Below are positions 1 through 11,480 of a stretch of DNA of 64,000 bases, in pieces; the first letter of the stretch is position 1; each line of letters begins with the position of its first letter. This stretch comes from an uncultured Chloroflexia bacterium (GTDB taxonomy: Bacteria > Chloroflexota > Limnocylindria > Limnocylindrales > CSP1-4). The notes beneath the pieces were generated by a model that did no database searches, had not been told where the DNA came from, and saw only the letters and a program-made list of their open reading frames with translations. The position numbers and the translations under genes were made by a program. The stretch lies in assembly GCA_963776925.1 (NCBI GenBank), contig CAVZON010000006.1, positions 268,267 to 332,266 on the forward strand, read 5' to 3'.

Positions 1-6
1 GCCGGT

Positions 7-891
7 TCAGCCGCGGTAGCCGGCGTCGCGCAGGAGGCCGGGCAGCTCGGTCGGGGAGCCGGCGACGCGGAACCCGGCAGCTTCGAGCGCGTCGACCTTG
101 GAGGCCGCCGTCCCGGCGCCGCCGGAGATGATCGCCCCGGCGTGGCCCATGCGCTTGCCTTCCGGCGCGGTCCGCCCGGCGATGAAGGCGACCTTCGGGA
201 CGTCGCGCAGGTGATCCGCCGCCCAGGCCGCCGCGGTCTCCTCGGCCGCGCCACCGATCTCGCCGATGAGCACGATCGCGTCGGTCTCGTCGTCCGCCGC
301 GAACAGCTGGAGGACGTCGAGGAAGGTCGTGCCGATGATCGGGTCGCCGCCGATGCCGACGCAGGTCGACTGACCGAGGCCGGCGTCGGTCATCGCCTGG
401 ACCGCCTCGTAGGTCAGGGTCCCGGAGCGGCTGACGACACCGACACGCCCCTCGCGATGGATCGGTCCGGGGATGATCCCGACCTTGGCTCGCCCCGGCG
501 AGGTGGCACCTGGGCAGTTCGGGCCGATCAGCCGCGCCCCGTGCGCCTTGACCATCTCGACGGCCGGGATCATGTCGAGGGCGGGGATGCCCTCGGTGAT
601 GCAGAAGATCGTGCCGATGCCGGCGGCCGCCGCCTCCATCACGGCGTCCGGCGCTCCGGCGGCCGGGACGAAGATGAGCGACGTGTTCGCGCCGTGCTCG
701 CGGACCGCCTCGGTCACGGTGTCGAAGACCGGGACCGAGCCGTCGAGGGCCGTCTGGCCACCCTTGCCCGGGGTCACGCCGGCGACGATGTTCGTCCCGT
801 AGGCCTGCGAGGCCCGGGCATGGAACTCGCCCTCGCGTCCGGTGATGCCCTGGACGACGAGGCGCGTCTCGCGCCCCACGAGGATGCTCAT
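7..891 (-). CDS. sucD: Succinyl-CoA synthetase alpha subunit
   Basis: [28 protein letters not shown] and the RMGHAGA phospho-His motif; intact ORF. Confidence 0.97.
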   Translation of the reverse strand: MSILVGRETRLVVQGITGREGEFHARASQAYGTNIVAGVTPGKGGQTALDGSVPVFDTVTEAVREHGANTSLIFVPAAGAPDAVMEAAAAGIGTIFCITEGIPALDMIPAVEMVKAHGARLIGPNCPGATSPGRAKVGIIPGPIHREGRVGVVSRSGTLTYEAVQAMTDAGLGQSTCVGIGGDPIIGTTFLDVLQLFAADDETDAIVLIGEIGGAAEETAAAWAADHLRDVPKVAFIAGRTAPEGKRMGHAGAIISGGAGTAASKVDALEAAGFRVAGSPTELPGLLRDAGYRG

Positions 892-2071
892 GCGGCGGCG
901 CCCTTCGAGGCGGCCACGGCCTTGGCGGCGGCCTCGTCGAGCGAGGCGGCGGTCTCGAAGTTCGCCTCGGCGAGCAGGACGCCGGCCTCCTCGGCGTTCG
1001 TGCCGACGATGCGCACGACCATCGGCACGTCCCGGGCCTGCTGGCTGCGCGCCTCGATGAGGCCACGGGCGACCTCGTCGCCACGGGTGATGCCACCGAA
1101 GATGTTGACGAGGATGGCATCGACCTTGGGGTCGGACAGGATCAGGCGCATCGCCTCGGTGACCTTGTCCGAGCGGGCGCCGCCACCGATGTCGAGGAAG
1201 TTGGCCGGCTCGCCGCCGGCGCGCTTGACGAGGTCCATCGTGGTCATCGCCAGGCCCGCGCCGTTGACCATGCAGCCGATCGTGCCGTCGAGCTTGATGA
1301 AGGTCAGGCCGGCCTCGCGGGCCTCCTTGTCCTCCGGTGCCTCCTCGTCGGGGTCACGCAGGTCCTCCAGGCCGGGATGGCGGGGGAGGGCGGAGTCGTC
1401 GAGGGTGATCTTCGCGTCGAGGCAGACGAGGCGCTCGACGGGGGTCCCGTCCGGGCCCGCTCTCGCAGGACGATCGCCAGCGGGTTGATCTCGACGAGGT
1501 CGGCGTCGTAGGCCTTCATCGTGGTCACCAGCCCCTTGGCGATGGCGACCGCCGCCTTGAGGTGGCCGCGCAGTCCCATGGCGAAGGCCAGGTCGCGCGC
1601 CTGGTAGTCGAGCAGACCGAGGTTGGGATCCGCGTGGCGGCGGATGATCGCCTCGGGGTTCGTCTCGGCGACGGTCTCGATCTCCACCCCACCCTCGGCC
1701 GAGCCCATGAGCAGGATGCCCCGCTCCGCCCGATCGAGGACCGCGGCCAGGTAGAACTCCTTGACGATCTCGGCGGCCGGGCCGATGAGCACCTTGCGCA
1801 CCGGGAAGCCCTTGATGTCCATGCCCAGGATCTGCCCGGCCACGGCCTCCGCCTCGTCCGGGGTGCCGGCCAGCTTCACGCCGCCGGCCTTGCCACGGCC
1901 ACCGATCAGGACCTGGGCCTTGATGACGACCTTGCCTCCGGGCGGACCCTCGGCCAGGAACCGTTCCGCGGCCGCTCGGGCCTCGGCGACGGTGTGGGCG
2001 ACGGCCCAGGCGGGGACCGGCAGGCCCTGGGCGACGAGCAGCGACTTCGCGTCGGCTTCCTGGAGTTTCAC
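888..2071 (-). CDS. sucC: Succinyl-CoA synthetase beta subunit (one frameshift near 1460)
   Basis: GTG start [26 protein letters not shown] in one frame; [34 protein letters not shown] in another. Confidence 0.95.
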
Positions 2072-2257
2072 GCGGGGCAGGCTCCGGCTGGACGGGCTCG
2101 GTGGGACCGGGTCGCGGTCGGGGAGGTCGATGGTACCCGCCCGCATCGCCATCCGCGCCACGAACGGGGCGAGGCGTTATCGGAACGGTCCGGCACGGTC
2201 GCCTCGCCATACTCGGTGAGCGCGATCGGACGATCGCGCCGCATGCCGAGGGGCGAC

Positions 2258-2815
2258 ATGCAGCGAGAACTCGTGGAGCGAGCGCGGCGGGGCGATCATG
2301 ACGCCTTCTCCGAGCTGGCAGGCGCCGCGATCTCCCGACTGGATGCCGCTGCCTGGCTCATCCTCCGTGACCCGGACCGGGCCGCCGATGCCGTCCAGAA
2401 CGCGCTCGTGCGGGCCTGGCGTGATCTGCCCACCCTCCGGGACGTGGACCGTTTCGATGCCTGGCTGCATCGACTGCTCGTCCGTTCCTGCATCGACGAG
2501 GCGCGGCGCCTGAAGCGCCACCGCGTCGATGTCGAGCTCTCCCCGCTGGTCATGCCGGAGATCGCCGGCCTCGAGTCGGCGATCGCCGATCGGGACCAGC
2601 TGGAACGCGGCTTCCTCCGGCTCGAGCCGGAGATGCGGGCCGTGATCGTCCTCCATCACTACCTCGACCTGTCCATGCCCGATGTCGCCGCCACCCTGGG
2701 GATCCCGGTGGGGACGGCGAAGTCGCGGCTGCATCGCGCCCTGGGGCTCATGCGGGCGGCGCTCGACGCCGACACCCGCGTGAACCCCACGATCTCGGAG
2801 GGCCGTCCGGCATGA
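2258..2815 (+). CDS. ECF RNA polymerase sigma factor
   Basis: [34 protein letters not shown] and region-4 [20 protein letters not shown]. Confidence 0.93.
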   Translation: MQRELVERARRGDHDAFSELAGAAISRLDAAAWLILRDPDRAADAVQNALVRAWRDLPTLRDVDRFDAWLHRLLVRSCIDEARRLKRHRVDVELSPLVMPEIAGLESAIADRDQLERGFLRLEPEMRAVIVLHHYLDLSMPDVAATLGIPVGTAKSRLHRALGLMRAALDADTRVNPTISEGRPA

Positions 2816-4119
2816 CGACGAACGACACCTTCGAACGCCGGCTCAACGCCTGGCTGGAGGACGACTCGGCACGGCGTGTGCCGGATCACCTCGACCAGGT
2901 GCTGCTGCGGACGGTCGCGACGCGCCAGCGGCCTGGCTGGTCGAGCCTCGAAAGGTGGCTCCCACTCATGGATACGGTCGCTCCCGGTCGGGCCGCGAAC
3001 CTGCGACCCGCACTCGTCTTCGCGCTCCTCGGTGCCCTCGTGGTGGCGCTCATCGGTGTCGCGCTCATCGGCAGTGGTCGACTCACGACGACGTTGCCGC
3101 TCGGGCTCGCCGAGAACGGCCGGATCTACGTGATCGACGGCACGACCCTCAAGAGCTACGACGCGGCCGGCGCTGACCCGCTGGTCGTCGCTGACCTCCC
3201 GGGCAGCGCCACGGCGCCATCGATCTCGCCCGATGGTCGGTCCATCGCCTACTTCTTCGAGTCGCCCGCGCGCCTTGACATCCTGGACATCGAGGGCGGG
3301 TCCATCGTGACGGCCCCGCTGGGCGACATCGTCGGCATCGGCGGGCCACTGAGCTGGTCGCCGGACAGTGCCCGGCTGCTGCTCAACACCTGGGACGGGA
3401 CCCAGGAGCACCTCGTCATCGTCGACCGGGGCGCCACGGATGTGCGCACCGTGGACGTCCGGTCCATCCAGGGACCCGCGGCGAGCGCGGCTGGCGACGA
3501 CCATCTCGAGCTCTGGCCCGCCGGGTGGTCGCCGAGCGGTGACCGCATCGCGTTCGTCGCTGTCGAACCCGGAGCTGACGGCGGGACGGCCTACGTCGCT
3601 CGACCGGATGGCGGCGACCTGGTGGCGGTCGGCCCGTCCGGGATCTGGAGCGGAAACTTCTCCTGGTCGCCCGATCCGAACCTGGATCGACTGGCCCTGA
3701 CGACGACGGTCGGTGGGCAAGGCTTCGTGCGGGTCCTGACGCCGGCCACCGGGGAGCTCGCCGACGTCGGCCCCGGCTTCTGGCCCACGTGGTCGCCGGA
3801 CGGATCACGGATCGCCTACTGGCATGACGGCACGGTCGTCGTCGAGACGTCGGCCGTCCTGGCCGGCGCGCCGCAGGCCGTCCATGCCCACCCGGCCTTC
3901 GTCGGCAACTGCCAGCAACACCTCGAGCTGGCCGGACAGGCCTTCTGCGGACCGGTCGCGTGGTCGCCGGATGGCCAACGCCTGCTGGCCCTCGACATCA
4001 CCGGGAGATCCACGCTGTCGGTCATGGCCGACGGGAGCGGACAGCCCGTGGTCATCCCGCTCGATCGGTCCTCGCCGAGCACGGGGACCGTGGCCGCGTG
4101 GCAGCCGATCCGCCCCTGA
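2812..4119 (+). CDS. Putative anti-sigma factor: cytoplasmic N-terminus, one TM helix, TolB/PD40-like beta-propeller
   Basis: ATGA overlap with the sigma gene; hydrophobic segment; repeated (W)SPDG motifs. Confidence 0.75.
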   Translation: MTTNDTFERRLNAWLEDDSARRVPDHLDQVLLRTVATRQRPGWSSLERWLPLMDTVAPGRAANLRPALVFALLGALVVALIGVALIGSGRLTTTLPLGLAENGRIYVIDGTTLKSYDAAGADPLVVADLPGSATAPSISPDGRSIAYFFESPARLDILDIEGGSIVTAPLGDIVGIGGPLSWSPDSARLLLNTWDGTQEHLVIVDRGATDVRTVDVRSIQGPAASAAGDDHLELWPAGWSPSGDRIAFVAVEPGADGGTAYVARPDGGDLVAVGPSGIWSGNFSWSPDPNLDRLALTTTVGGQGFVRVLTPATGELADVGPGFWPTWSPDGSRIAYWHDGTVVVETSAVLAGAPQAVHAHPAFVGNCQQHLELAGQAFCGPVAWSPDGQRLLALDITGRSTLSVMADGSGQPVVIPLDRSSPSTGTVAAWQPIRP

Positions 4120-4174
4120 CCTCGTCGTCGGGCGCTGCGGCCCTCGGACCGCGGCGCCCGGCTACAATCGATGC

Positions 4175-5216
4175 ATGGCCCACCGTGTGACCCTGATCCC
4201 TGGCGACGGCATCGGTCCGGAGCTGGCGGAGGCGACCCGTCGCGTCCTCGATGTATCGGGCGTCGCCTTCGACTGGGAGGTCGTCGACGCCGGTGAGGGC
4301 GTGATGGCCGAGTACGGGACGCCGCTCCCGGAGCACGTCCTCGAGTCGATCACCCGCAACAAGGTCGCCCTCAAGGGCCCCATCACGACGCCGGTGGGCG
4401 AGGGCTTCCGGAGCGTCAACGTGACCCTCCGCCAGGTCCTCGGCCTGTACGCGAACCTCCGCCCGGCGCGCTCCATCCAGGGTCTCGAGTCCCGCTACGA
4501 GAACGTGGACCTGGTCATCGTCCGCGAGAACACCGAGGACCTGTACGCCGGGATCGAGCACCGGGTCGGCCCGGATGCCGCGGAGAGCATCAAGATCATC
4601 ACCCGTGGCGCGTCGGAGCGGATCGCCCGGTTCGCCTTCGACTACGCGGTCGCCAACGGCCGGCGCAAGGTCACGGCCGTGCACAAGGCCAACATCATGA
4701 AGCTGACCGACGGCCTGTTCCTCGACAGCTGCCGGACCGTCGCCGCGGAGTACGGGCAGATCGAGTTCGAGGACCGCATCGTCGACAACATGTGCATGCA
4801 GCTCGTGCAGAAGCCGGAGCTGTACGACGTGCTCGTCCTGCCGAACCTGTACGGCGACATCGTCAGTGACCTCGCCGCGGGCCTGGTCGGCGGGCTCGGG
4901 GTCGCGCCCGGGGCCAACATCGGCACCGGACGCGGCGGTCTTCGAGCCGGTCCACGGCTCGGCGCCCAAGTACGCCGGCCAGAACAAGGCCAACCCGACC
5001 GCCCTCATCCTGAGCGGCGCCCTGATGCTCCGCCACCTCGGCTACCCGGACGTGGCCGAACGTGTCGAGACGGCCCTGCGCGAGGTCATCGCCGCGGGCA
5101 GCGCGACGACCTACGACCTGGGCGGCCCGGCCGGCACGAGCCAGTTCGCCGACGCCATCATCGAACGCCTGGGTTCCGCGAGCGCGAGCGCTCCCGTGCC
5201 CTCCGCGACCGTCTGA
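4175..5216 (+). CDS. icd: Isocitrate/isopropylmalate dehydrogenase family, probably NAD-dependent isocitrate dehydrogenase (frameshift near 4928)
   Basis: [35 protein letters not shown], then [13 protein letters not shown] in the shifted frame; TCA context. Confidence 0.85.
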
Positions 5217-5257
5217 CGGTCCGCGGCGGCTGACCCGGCGACGATCTCGGAGGTCCC

Positions 5258-5636
5258 ATGCTGGTCCGCTATCGGGGTGGGGAAGGGATGCTCGCGTGGG
5301 CGTTCCATCGCATCTCCGGTGTCGCGATCTTCGCCTTCCTCGTCCTCCACGTCGTCGACATCTTCCTGGTCGGCGTCGCGCCCGACGTCTATGACACCCT
5401 GCTCGGCTTCTATGCCACGCCCGTCGGCATCCTCATGGAGTGGCTGCTCGGCGCCGCCGTCCTGTACCACGCCCTCAACGGCCTGCGCATCGTGATCATG
5501 GACTTCTGGCCGCGGCACGGCCCAGTTCCACCGCCAGCTGTGGTACGTCAACTGGGGCATCTTCGTGCTCATCGGCGTGCCCGTGACGGTCGTCATCTTC
5601 GGCCAGTTCGCACGCTCGATGGGGTGGTCGGCATGA
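5258..5636 (+). CDS. sdhC: Succinate dehydrogenase cytochrome b subunit (frameshift near 5515)
   Basis: [26 protein letters not shown]; the corrected frame ends at a TGA overlapping the sdhD ATG. Confidence 0.88.
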
Positions 5637-6028
5637 CCGTCGAGGTCGGGCGCAGCGGCCGGGTCCAGCCGCGCAACAGCCGGCGCGAGCTGGCGATCTG
5701 GTTCCTCATGCGGCTGACCGGGCTCGGCCTGTTCGTGCTCGTCCTGACCCACTACCTCATCCTGCACGTCTTCCACGACCCGGCCGACCAGACCGCCCAG
5801 TGGATCGGCCAGTTCCGCTGGAACAGCACGTTCTGGCGGGTGTTCGACTGGACGATGCTGATGCTCGTCCTCTTCCACGCGTTCATGGGCATGCGCATCG
5901 TCGTCGGCGACACCCTCGGCGGCGCGGCGCGGACGGTCGTGATGTGGGTGCTCTACGCCATCGCGATCGCGCTGCTGATCATGGGCACGTACGTCGTGGT
6001 GACCCTGCCCAACGTCGTCCCGTCCTGA
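5633..6028 (+). CDS. sdhD: Succinate dehydrogenase membrane anchor subunit
   Basis: [17 protein letters not shown]; three TM segments; lies between sdhC and sdhA. Confidence 0.88.
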   Translation: MTVEVGRSGRVQPRNSRRELAIWFLMRLTGLGLFVLVLTHYLILHVFHDPADQTAQWIGQFRWNSTFWRVFDWTMLMLVLFHAFMGMRIVVGDTLGGAARTVVMWVLYAIAIALLIMGTYVVVTLPNVVPS

Positions 6029-7770
6029 TGATCGAGCACGACGCACTGATCGTCGGGGCCGGCGGGGCCGGCCTGTGGGCCGCCGTCGAGCTGGCCAAGG
6101 CCGGGGTCGACGCGGCGGTCCTGACCAAGCTCTATCCGACCCGCTCCCATACCGGCGCCGCGCAGGGCGGCGTGTGTGCCGCCCTGGGCAACCAGGAGGA
6201 GGACCACTGGGAGTGGCACATGTTCGACACGATCAAGGGCGGCGACTACCTGGTCGACCAGGATGCCGCCGAGATCCTCGCCCGCGAGGCGGTCGAGACG
6301 GTGATCGAGCTCGAGCACATGGGCCTGCCGTTCAACCGGACCGCTGACGGCAAGATCGACCAGCGCCGCTTCGGCGGGCACACCCGGAACTACGGCGAGG
6401 GCCCGGTCCGCCGGTCGTGCTTCGCCGCCGACCGGACCGGGCACATGATCCTGCAGACGCTCTACCAGCAGGCGATCAAGCACGGCGTCCGGTTCTACGA
6501 CGAGTACCACGTCGTCGACCTGCTGACCGAGGGCGGGGACCTCGGTGACGGCGGTCGCGCGGCCGGGGTCGTCGCCTATCGCATCGCCGACGGGTCGCTG
6601 CACACCATCCGGTCGAAGGCGACGATGCTCGCGACCGGCGGCTTCGGGCGGATGTTCCGGATCACGTCCAACGCCTGGTCGCTGACCGGCGACGGCGTCG
6701 CCCTGACCTACCGCCACGGCGTCCCGATGCAGGACATGGAGTTCTACCAGTTCCACCCGACGGGCATCGTCGGCATCGGCATCCTGCTGTCGGAGGCGGC
6801 CCGCGGCGAGGGCGGCTACCTGCTCGACAAGGACGGCTTCCGGTTCATGGAGCGCTACGCGCCCAAGCTCATGGAGCTCGCCCCGCGCGACATGGTCAGT
6901 CGCGCCATCTACCAGGAGATCCGGGCCGGGCGCGGCATCGACGGCAAGGACTACGTCTACCTCGACGTCCGCCACCTCGGCCGCAAGGTCATCGAGGAGA
7001 AGCTGCCCGACATCACCGACTTCGCCCGGGTCTACCAGGGCGTCGAGCCGATCACCGAGCCCGTGCCCATCCAGCCGACCGCGCACTACGCGATGGGCGG
7101 CATCCCGACCGACGTCCTGACCCGGGTGACCCGCGACGCGGCGAACACCGTGGTCCCGGGGCTGTACGCGGCGGGGGAGACGGCCTGCGTCTCGGTCCAT
7201 GGCGCGAACCGGCTGGGCACCAACTCGCTCGTCGACCTGCTCGTCTTCGGCCGGCGGGCCGGTCGCCAGATGGTCGCGGACCTCGCCGGGACGACGATGC
7301 CCGAGATCGCCGCGGATGCCGCCGAGCCGGTCCGGGCCGAGATCGAGGGGCTGCGCGGCTCGACCGGTCGCGAGTCGGTCCCGCGCATCCGCGAGCAGCT
7401 GGCCGACGTCATGATGGACAACGTGGGCGTCTACCGCGACGAGTCGCTGCTGATGGCCGCACGGACGCGGGTCGAGGAGCTCCGGGCGCGCTACACCCGG
7501 GCCAGGATCGACGACAAGGGCACCGTGTTCAATACCGACCTGCTCGAGGCACGGGAGCTCGGCTACCTGCTCGACTGCGCCGAGACGACCGTGGCGTCTG
7601 CCCTGGCGCGCAAGGAGAGCCGCGGCGCCCATGCTCGGGAGGACTACCCGGAGCGTGACGACGCCACGTTCCTCCAGCACACGCTGGCTACGCAGGGGGC
7701 CGGCGCGCCGACGCTGAGCTACAAGCCCGTGACCATCACCATCTTCGAACCCAAGCCCAGGACGTACTGA
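6028..7770 (+). CDS. sdhA: Succinate dehydrogenase flavoprotein subunit
   Basis: [16 protein letters not shown] (FAD His), [23 protein letters not shown]. Confidence 0.97.
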   Translation: MIEHDALIVGAGGAGLWAAVELAKAGVDAAVLTKLYPTRSHTGAAQGGVCAALGNQEEDHWEWHMFDTIKGGDYLVDQDAAEILAREAVETVIELEHMGLPFNRTADGKIDQRRFGGHTRNYGEGPVRRSCFAADRTGHMILQTLYQQAIKHGVRFYDEYHVVDLLTEGGDLGDGGRAAGVVAYRIADGSLHTIRSKATMLATGGFGRMFRITSNAWSLTGDGVALTYRHGVPMQDMEFYQFHPTGIVGIGILLSEAARGEGGYLLDKDGFRFMERYAPKLMELAPRDMVSRAIYQEIRAGRGIDGKDYVYLDVRHLGRKVIEEKLPDITDFARVYQGVEPITEPVPIQPTAHYAMGGIPTDVLTRVTRDAANTVVPGLYAAGETACVSVHGANRLGTNSLVDLLVFGRRAGRQMVADLAGTTMPEIAADAAEPVRAEIEGLRGSTGRESVPRIREQLADVMMDNVGVYRDESLLMAARTRVEELRARYTRARIDDKGTVFNTDLLEARELGYLLDCAETTVASALARKESRGAHAREDYPERDDATFLQHTLATQGAGAPTLSYKPVTITIFEPKPRTY

Positions 7771-8474
7771 TGCAGGTCGATCTGCGCATCCTCCGGTTCG
7801 ACCCGGAGCGCGACCAACAGCCGCACTGGGAGGCCTACCAGGTCGAGTGCGACCCGAAGATGGACCGCGTCCTGGACCTGCTCCACCGGGTCAAGTACGA
7901 GCAGGACGGGTCGCTGACCTTCCGCCGGTCGTGCGCCCACGGCGTGTGCGGCTCGGACGCCGTGCTCATCAACGGCCGCAACCGCCTCGCCTGCAAGCAG
8001 CGCGTCGAGCAGCTCGGCCGGCGGCGGATCACCGTCGCGCCGCTGCCCGGGCTGCCCGTGATCAAGGACCTCGTCGTCGACATGGACGGGTTCTTCGACA
8101 AGTTCAAGAGCGTCCAGCCGTACCTCATCAACGACACGCCGCCGCCGGAGCGCGAGCGGCTCCAGTCGGCGGCGGACCGCGAGCGCTACGACGACACGAC
8201 GAAGTGCATCCTGTGCGCCGCGTGCACGACCTCGTGCCCGTCGTTCTGGGCGCAACCCGAGTACGTCGGGCCGGCGGCCATCGTCAATGCCCACCGCTTC
8301 ATCTTCGACTCGCGCGACGACGGTGGCGACGAGCGACTCGAGATCCTCGCCGACGAGGACGGCGTGTGGCGCTGCCGCACGATCTTCAACTGCACCGACG
8401 CCTGTCCCCGCGGGATCAAGATCACCCAGGCGATCCTCGAGGTGAGTGGCGCCATCGCGGGGCGACGAGCCTGA
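7770..8474 (+). CDS. sdhB: Succinate dehydrogenase iron-sulfur subunit
   Basis: SCAHGVCGSD, CILCAACTTSCP, CRTIFNCTDACP. Confidence 0.97.
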   Translation: MQVDLRILRFDPERDQQPHWEAYQVECDPKMDRVLDLLHRVKYEQDGSLTFRRSCAHGVCGSDAVLINGRNRLACKQRVEQLGRRRITVAPLPGLPVIKDLVVDMDGFFDKFKSVQPYLINDTPPPERERLQSAADRERYDDTTKCILCAACTTSCPSFWAQPEYVGPAAIVNAHRFIFDSRDDGGDERLEILADEDGVWRCRTIFNCTDACPRGIKITQAILEVSGAIAGRRA

Positions 8475-9027
8475 GCGGCGACGGCACGCTGTTCGGCGAC
8501 CTCGCCGATCCGGCGACCGCAGACGAGCCCGCCCCGGACGCCGCGGCACCACGAGCCTCGACCGGGTTCGTCATCCGCACCGACGGCGCGGCCCGCGGCA
8601 ATCCCGGACCGGCATCGCTGGGGGCGGCGCTGTACGACCTGGCCCGGCCCGATGCGCGTGACCATCGGGCCGTCCCGGACGCCTCGATCTCCGACTACCT
8701 GGGGGTCCAGACCAACAACGTGGCCGAGTACACCGGCGTCGTCCGGGCGCTCGAGCTGGCGGCGAGCTCGGCGCGGATGAGGTCCACCTGCTGCTCGATT
8801 CGAAGCTCATCGTCGAGCAGGTGTCCGGTCGCTGGCGGGTCAAGGACGCCAAGCTCATCCCGTTGTGGGCGGCCGCGCGCGGGACGCTTGGCGGCTTCCG
8901 GCGATGGACGGCGGCGCACGTCCCGCGCGCCCAGAACTCCGTCGCCGACGCGCTCGCCAACGAGGCCATCGACCGGGTCAACGCCGGTGGCCCGACCTCG
9001 GTCGTGCGGCGCCCGCCCGGGCGCTGA
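8471..9027 (+). CDS. rnhA: Ribonuclease HI (frameshift near 8768; probable CTG start overlapping the sdhB stop)
   Basis: TDGAARGNPGPA, TNNVAEY, then DSKLIVEQ..HVPRAQNSVADALAN. Confidence 0.88.
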
Positions 9028-9060
9028 CCGCACCCCGGAAGCGCCGCGGTAGAATCGGGC

Positions 9061-9446
9061 GTCAGCGAGGCGGTCGGATGGTCGCGCTTCGACGGCGGGG
9101 TGACTCGTCGTCGACGTGAGGAAAGTCCGAGCTCCTCAGCGCAGGGTGGCGGGTAACGCCCGTCCGTCGCGAGACGAGGACCAGTGCCACAGTGACGATG
9201 CCGTCGCCGGCTTCGGCCGATGACGGAGTGAAACGCGGCAAACTCCACCCGGAGCAAGGCCAAATAGGAGGGCGCAACCCGATGACGCGCAAGCGTCGCG
9301 GGGGAGAGGTGCGCTGCCCAGCCCTCGGGTCGGCCGCAAGAGCCGGCGGGTGACCGCCGGCCGGAGATGGATGGCCATCCCCATCGGTCACGTCCTCGGA
9401 CGCCGATCGACGGGACAGAACTCGGCTTACAGGCCGCCTCGCTGAC
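9061..9446 (+). ncRNA. rnpB: RNase P RNA (bacterial type A)
   Basis: P1 helix gtcagcgaggcgg/ccgcctcgctgac; GAGGAAAGTCC at 9118; cagtgccacag; gagcaaggccaaatagg; acagaactcggcttac; TAGAAT -10 at 9050. Confidence 0.97.
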
Positions 9447-9691
9447 ACTTCCCCCGTTCTGAGCCTGCCCACAGTCCTGCCTGCTCGGCGCCGGCCGGCT
9501 CGACCTGGACGTCCAGGCGCGACGCCCCGCCCACGCACGAGCAAGGCGGTGCCCGCACGGGGAGCGCCACCTTTGAGGCGACCGGGCGCGAACGATAAGG
9601 CGCGTCCCGATGTCGCCGACCCTGCCCGAGATCGACCATCCAGACCAGATCGGCGGAGTCCACCGCCGCAAGGTTTCGAAGGAGATCCGGC

Positions 9692-10210
9692 ATGCATGCG
9701 ACGTCCACCCCGACCCTGGCCCAGCCCAAGCCCGGTGCCTACCTGGCCCTCGGACTGGCCGCCATCCTCGCCGCCGCCATCGGCGTCGGCGCCATCGTCG
9801 CCCTCAACGGGCGTACCGTCACCGCGCCGACCGCGGGATCGCAGACCAGCATCGAGGAAGCGCTCGCCGCCAAGAATGCGGCCGAGGGTGCCTTCGTCTC
9901 GCTCCCCAGCTCGGTCAACGGCATCGAGAGCGGCGTCGCCGCCAAGAACGCCCTCCCGTCGGTCGTCCTCTCGAACGACCAGATCCGCGCGATGGTGGAA
10001 CGGCACCCGTACCCGACCGTCACGACGACGTCCGCGTACGACGCGTTCCGCGAGGCGAATGGCTGGGACCTCCCGATCGTGGCGATCCCGTCGGTCGTCC
10101 TCTCGAACGACCAGATCCGCGCGATGGTGGAACGGCACCCGTACCCGACCGTCCCGCAGGATCCGGCCGACGAAGGCAACACGGACCGGGTGGGCACGTC
10201 CCACCGCTAA
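9692..10210 (+). CDS. Hypothetical membrane-anchored or secreted protein with an exact 22-aa internal repeat
   Basis: SD gaaggag; N-terminal hydrophobic helix; high GC3; downstream hairpin. Confidence 0.75.
   Translation: MHATSTPTLAQPKPGAYLALGLAAILAAAIGVGAIVALNGRTVTAPTAGSQTSIEEALAAKNAAEGAFVSLPSSVNGIESGVAAKNALPSVVLSNDQIRAMVERHPYPTVTTTSAYDAFREANGWDLPIVAIPSVVLSNDQIRAMVERHPYPTVPQDPADEGNTDRVGTSHR
9954..10153 (+). repeat. Perfect 68-bp direct repeat (9954-10021 and 10086-10153)
   Basis: tcccgtcggtcgtcctctcgaacgaccag...gtacccgaccgtc occurs twice, offset by 132 bp (in frame). Confidence 0.95.
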
Positions 10211-10233
10211 CCCCAATTCCTCCGAGGGGCAGC

Positions 10234-10265
10234 GTGACGCCCGGGCCGAGGGGCCCGGGCGTCAC
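10234..10265 (+). terminator. 14-bp GC hairpin, putative terminator (no U-tract)
   Basis: gtgacgcccgggcc-gagg-ggcccgggcgtcac shortly after the stop codon. Confidence 0.6.
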
Positions 10266-10543
10266 CATGTCCGCCGCGCCGCCGCTCGGCGGCTGCGTCA
10301 GCTGGTGACCTGACCGACGGCGACCGGGAGGTAGGACCATTCGACCACCTAACGCGGGGCACGCCCGCTCGTTGTACTCGATGGCCCTGCCCGAAGACTC
10401 CCATCTCGACCCCTTCGCTGAATTGTTCCTGCGAGGGGGTCGTTCCATGCCCGGCTCCGGTCGCCGCCTGCGTCTGCCGGCCTGAGCTCGAAGACCGGGA
10501 CGGCCTCGCACTCGAGTCCAGGTGGGGACCTAGCATGGCCGTC

Positions 10544-11029
10544 ATGACGCGTCTGCCGTCCTGGGCCCACGCGGGGAGGGGTGGGTCCTCATCCAGGGCG
10601 TGCTGCTGGTCATGGTCGCCGCCGCGGGCTGGTCGCTCGGGCCGGACTGGTCGGGGCCGCTGCGGCTCGCCGGCATCGTCGCTGGGATCGCGCTGGTCGC
10701 TGGCGGCATCGTCCTCGCCGTCCGTGGAGCCGTCGACCTCGGGGGTGCCATGACACCGCTTCCAGACCTCGCGACGGCGGTGCGTTGGTCGAAACGGGGT
10801 GTTCTCGGTCGTCCGTCACCCATCTACGGCGGACTCATCCTCGTCGCGATCGGTGGGCGATCGGTCAGGCGTCCATCGTCGCTGCCGCTCTCGCCGCGGT
10901 GCTCGCGGCCTTCCTGCGTCTGAAGGCTGCGCGAGAGGAAGCCTGGCTCGAGCAGCGCTTCCCGGCCTACATGGCGTACCGGGCACGGACCGCCAGCTCA
11001 TCCCCTGGCCGCGCAGACCTCGCGGATAG
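10544..11029 (+). CDS. Isoprenylcysteine carboxyl methyltransferase / PEMT-like membrane protein (several frameshifts)
   Basis: GRGGGWVLIQ-like start, LG.AMTPLP, G.FSVVRHP.YGG, KAAREEAWLEQRFPAY spread over frames. Confidence 0.75.
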
Positions 11030-11093
11030 ACGGTCGACGCGAACGGCTCCGCGGTTCGCCGGTCGACCGGGCCGCTCCATGTCCGGGCGGCGG

Positions 11094-11336
11094 TCAGTCC
11101 TCGTCGGGGCGGAAGATGTGCGGTGCCGTGCAGGCGTTGCAGATCGGCGTGGCCGACTCGAGGTCGCCCAGCGGGATCGGCAGCTTGCGGTCCGGGAAGA
11201 GGCACTCGACGTCGTACACGCGGTCACTCCCGGCTTCGACATCGATCAGGCGGCGGAACGTGCAGCGCTTGATGCGATGCGGCGCCAGGTGGAAGGCGTC
11301 GGCCTGGGGCGGGATGACCGGGAGCGGCAGTGCCAT
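11094..11336 (-). CDS. Small hypothetical Cys-containing protein (80 aa)
   Basis: MALPLPVIP..KRCTFRRL..YDVECLFP..ICNACTA..FRPDED; high GC3; CAGACT -10 located 7 nt before the ATG. Confidence 0.75.
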   Translation of the reverse strand: MALPLPVIPPQADAFHLAPHRIKRCTFRRLIDVEAGSDRVYDVECLFPDRKLPIPLGDLESATPICNACTAPHIFRPDED

Positions 11337-11480
11337 GGCGCGGAGTCTGGGGCCTCGCTGTTCGAACGGTGCGGAGTACGTTCCGTTCTGGCGCCGGAGA
11401 CTAGCACCGCCGATCGGCGGACGGCAAGGTGCGAAAGGTACTAGACTCCGCGCCGTTCCACCCCGATCCATGGAGCGCGC

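Noticed and set aside
5258-6028. Apparent SdhC-SdhD fusion (256 aa)
   Set aside because: The junction peptide is off-frame; an indel near 5515 hides the sdhC stop that overlaps the sdhD ATG.
9062-9671. Long ORFs overlapping 9061-9446
   Set aside because: The region is RNase P RNA; the ORFs are GC-rich shadow frames.
9954-10153. Direct repeat as a possible CRISPR array or att site
   Set aside because: Only two 68-bp copies, in frame inside a CDS; no cas or integrase genes.
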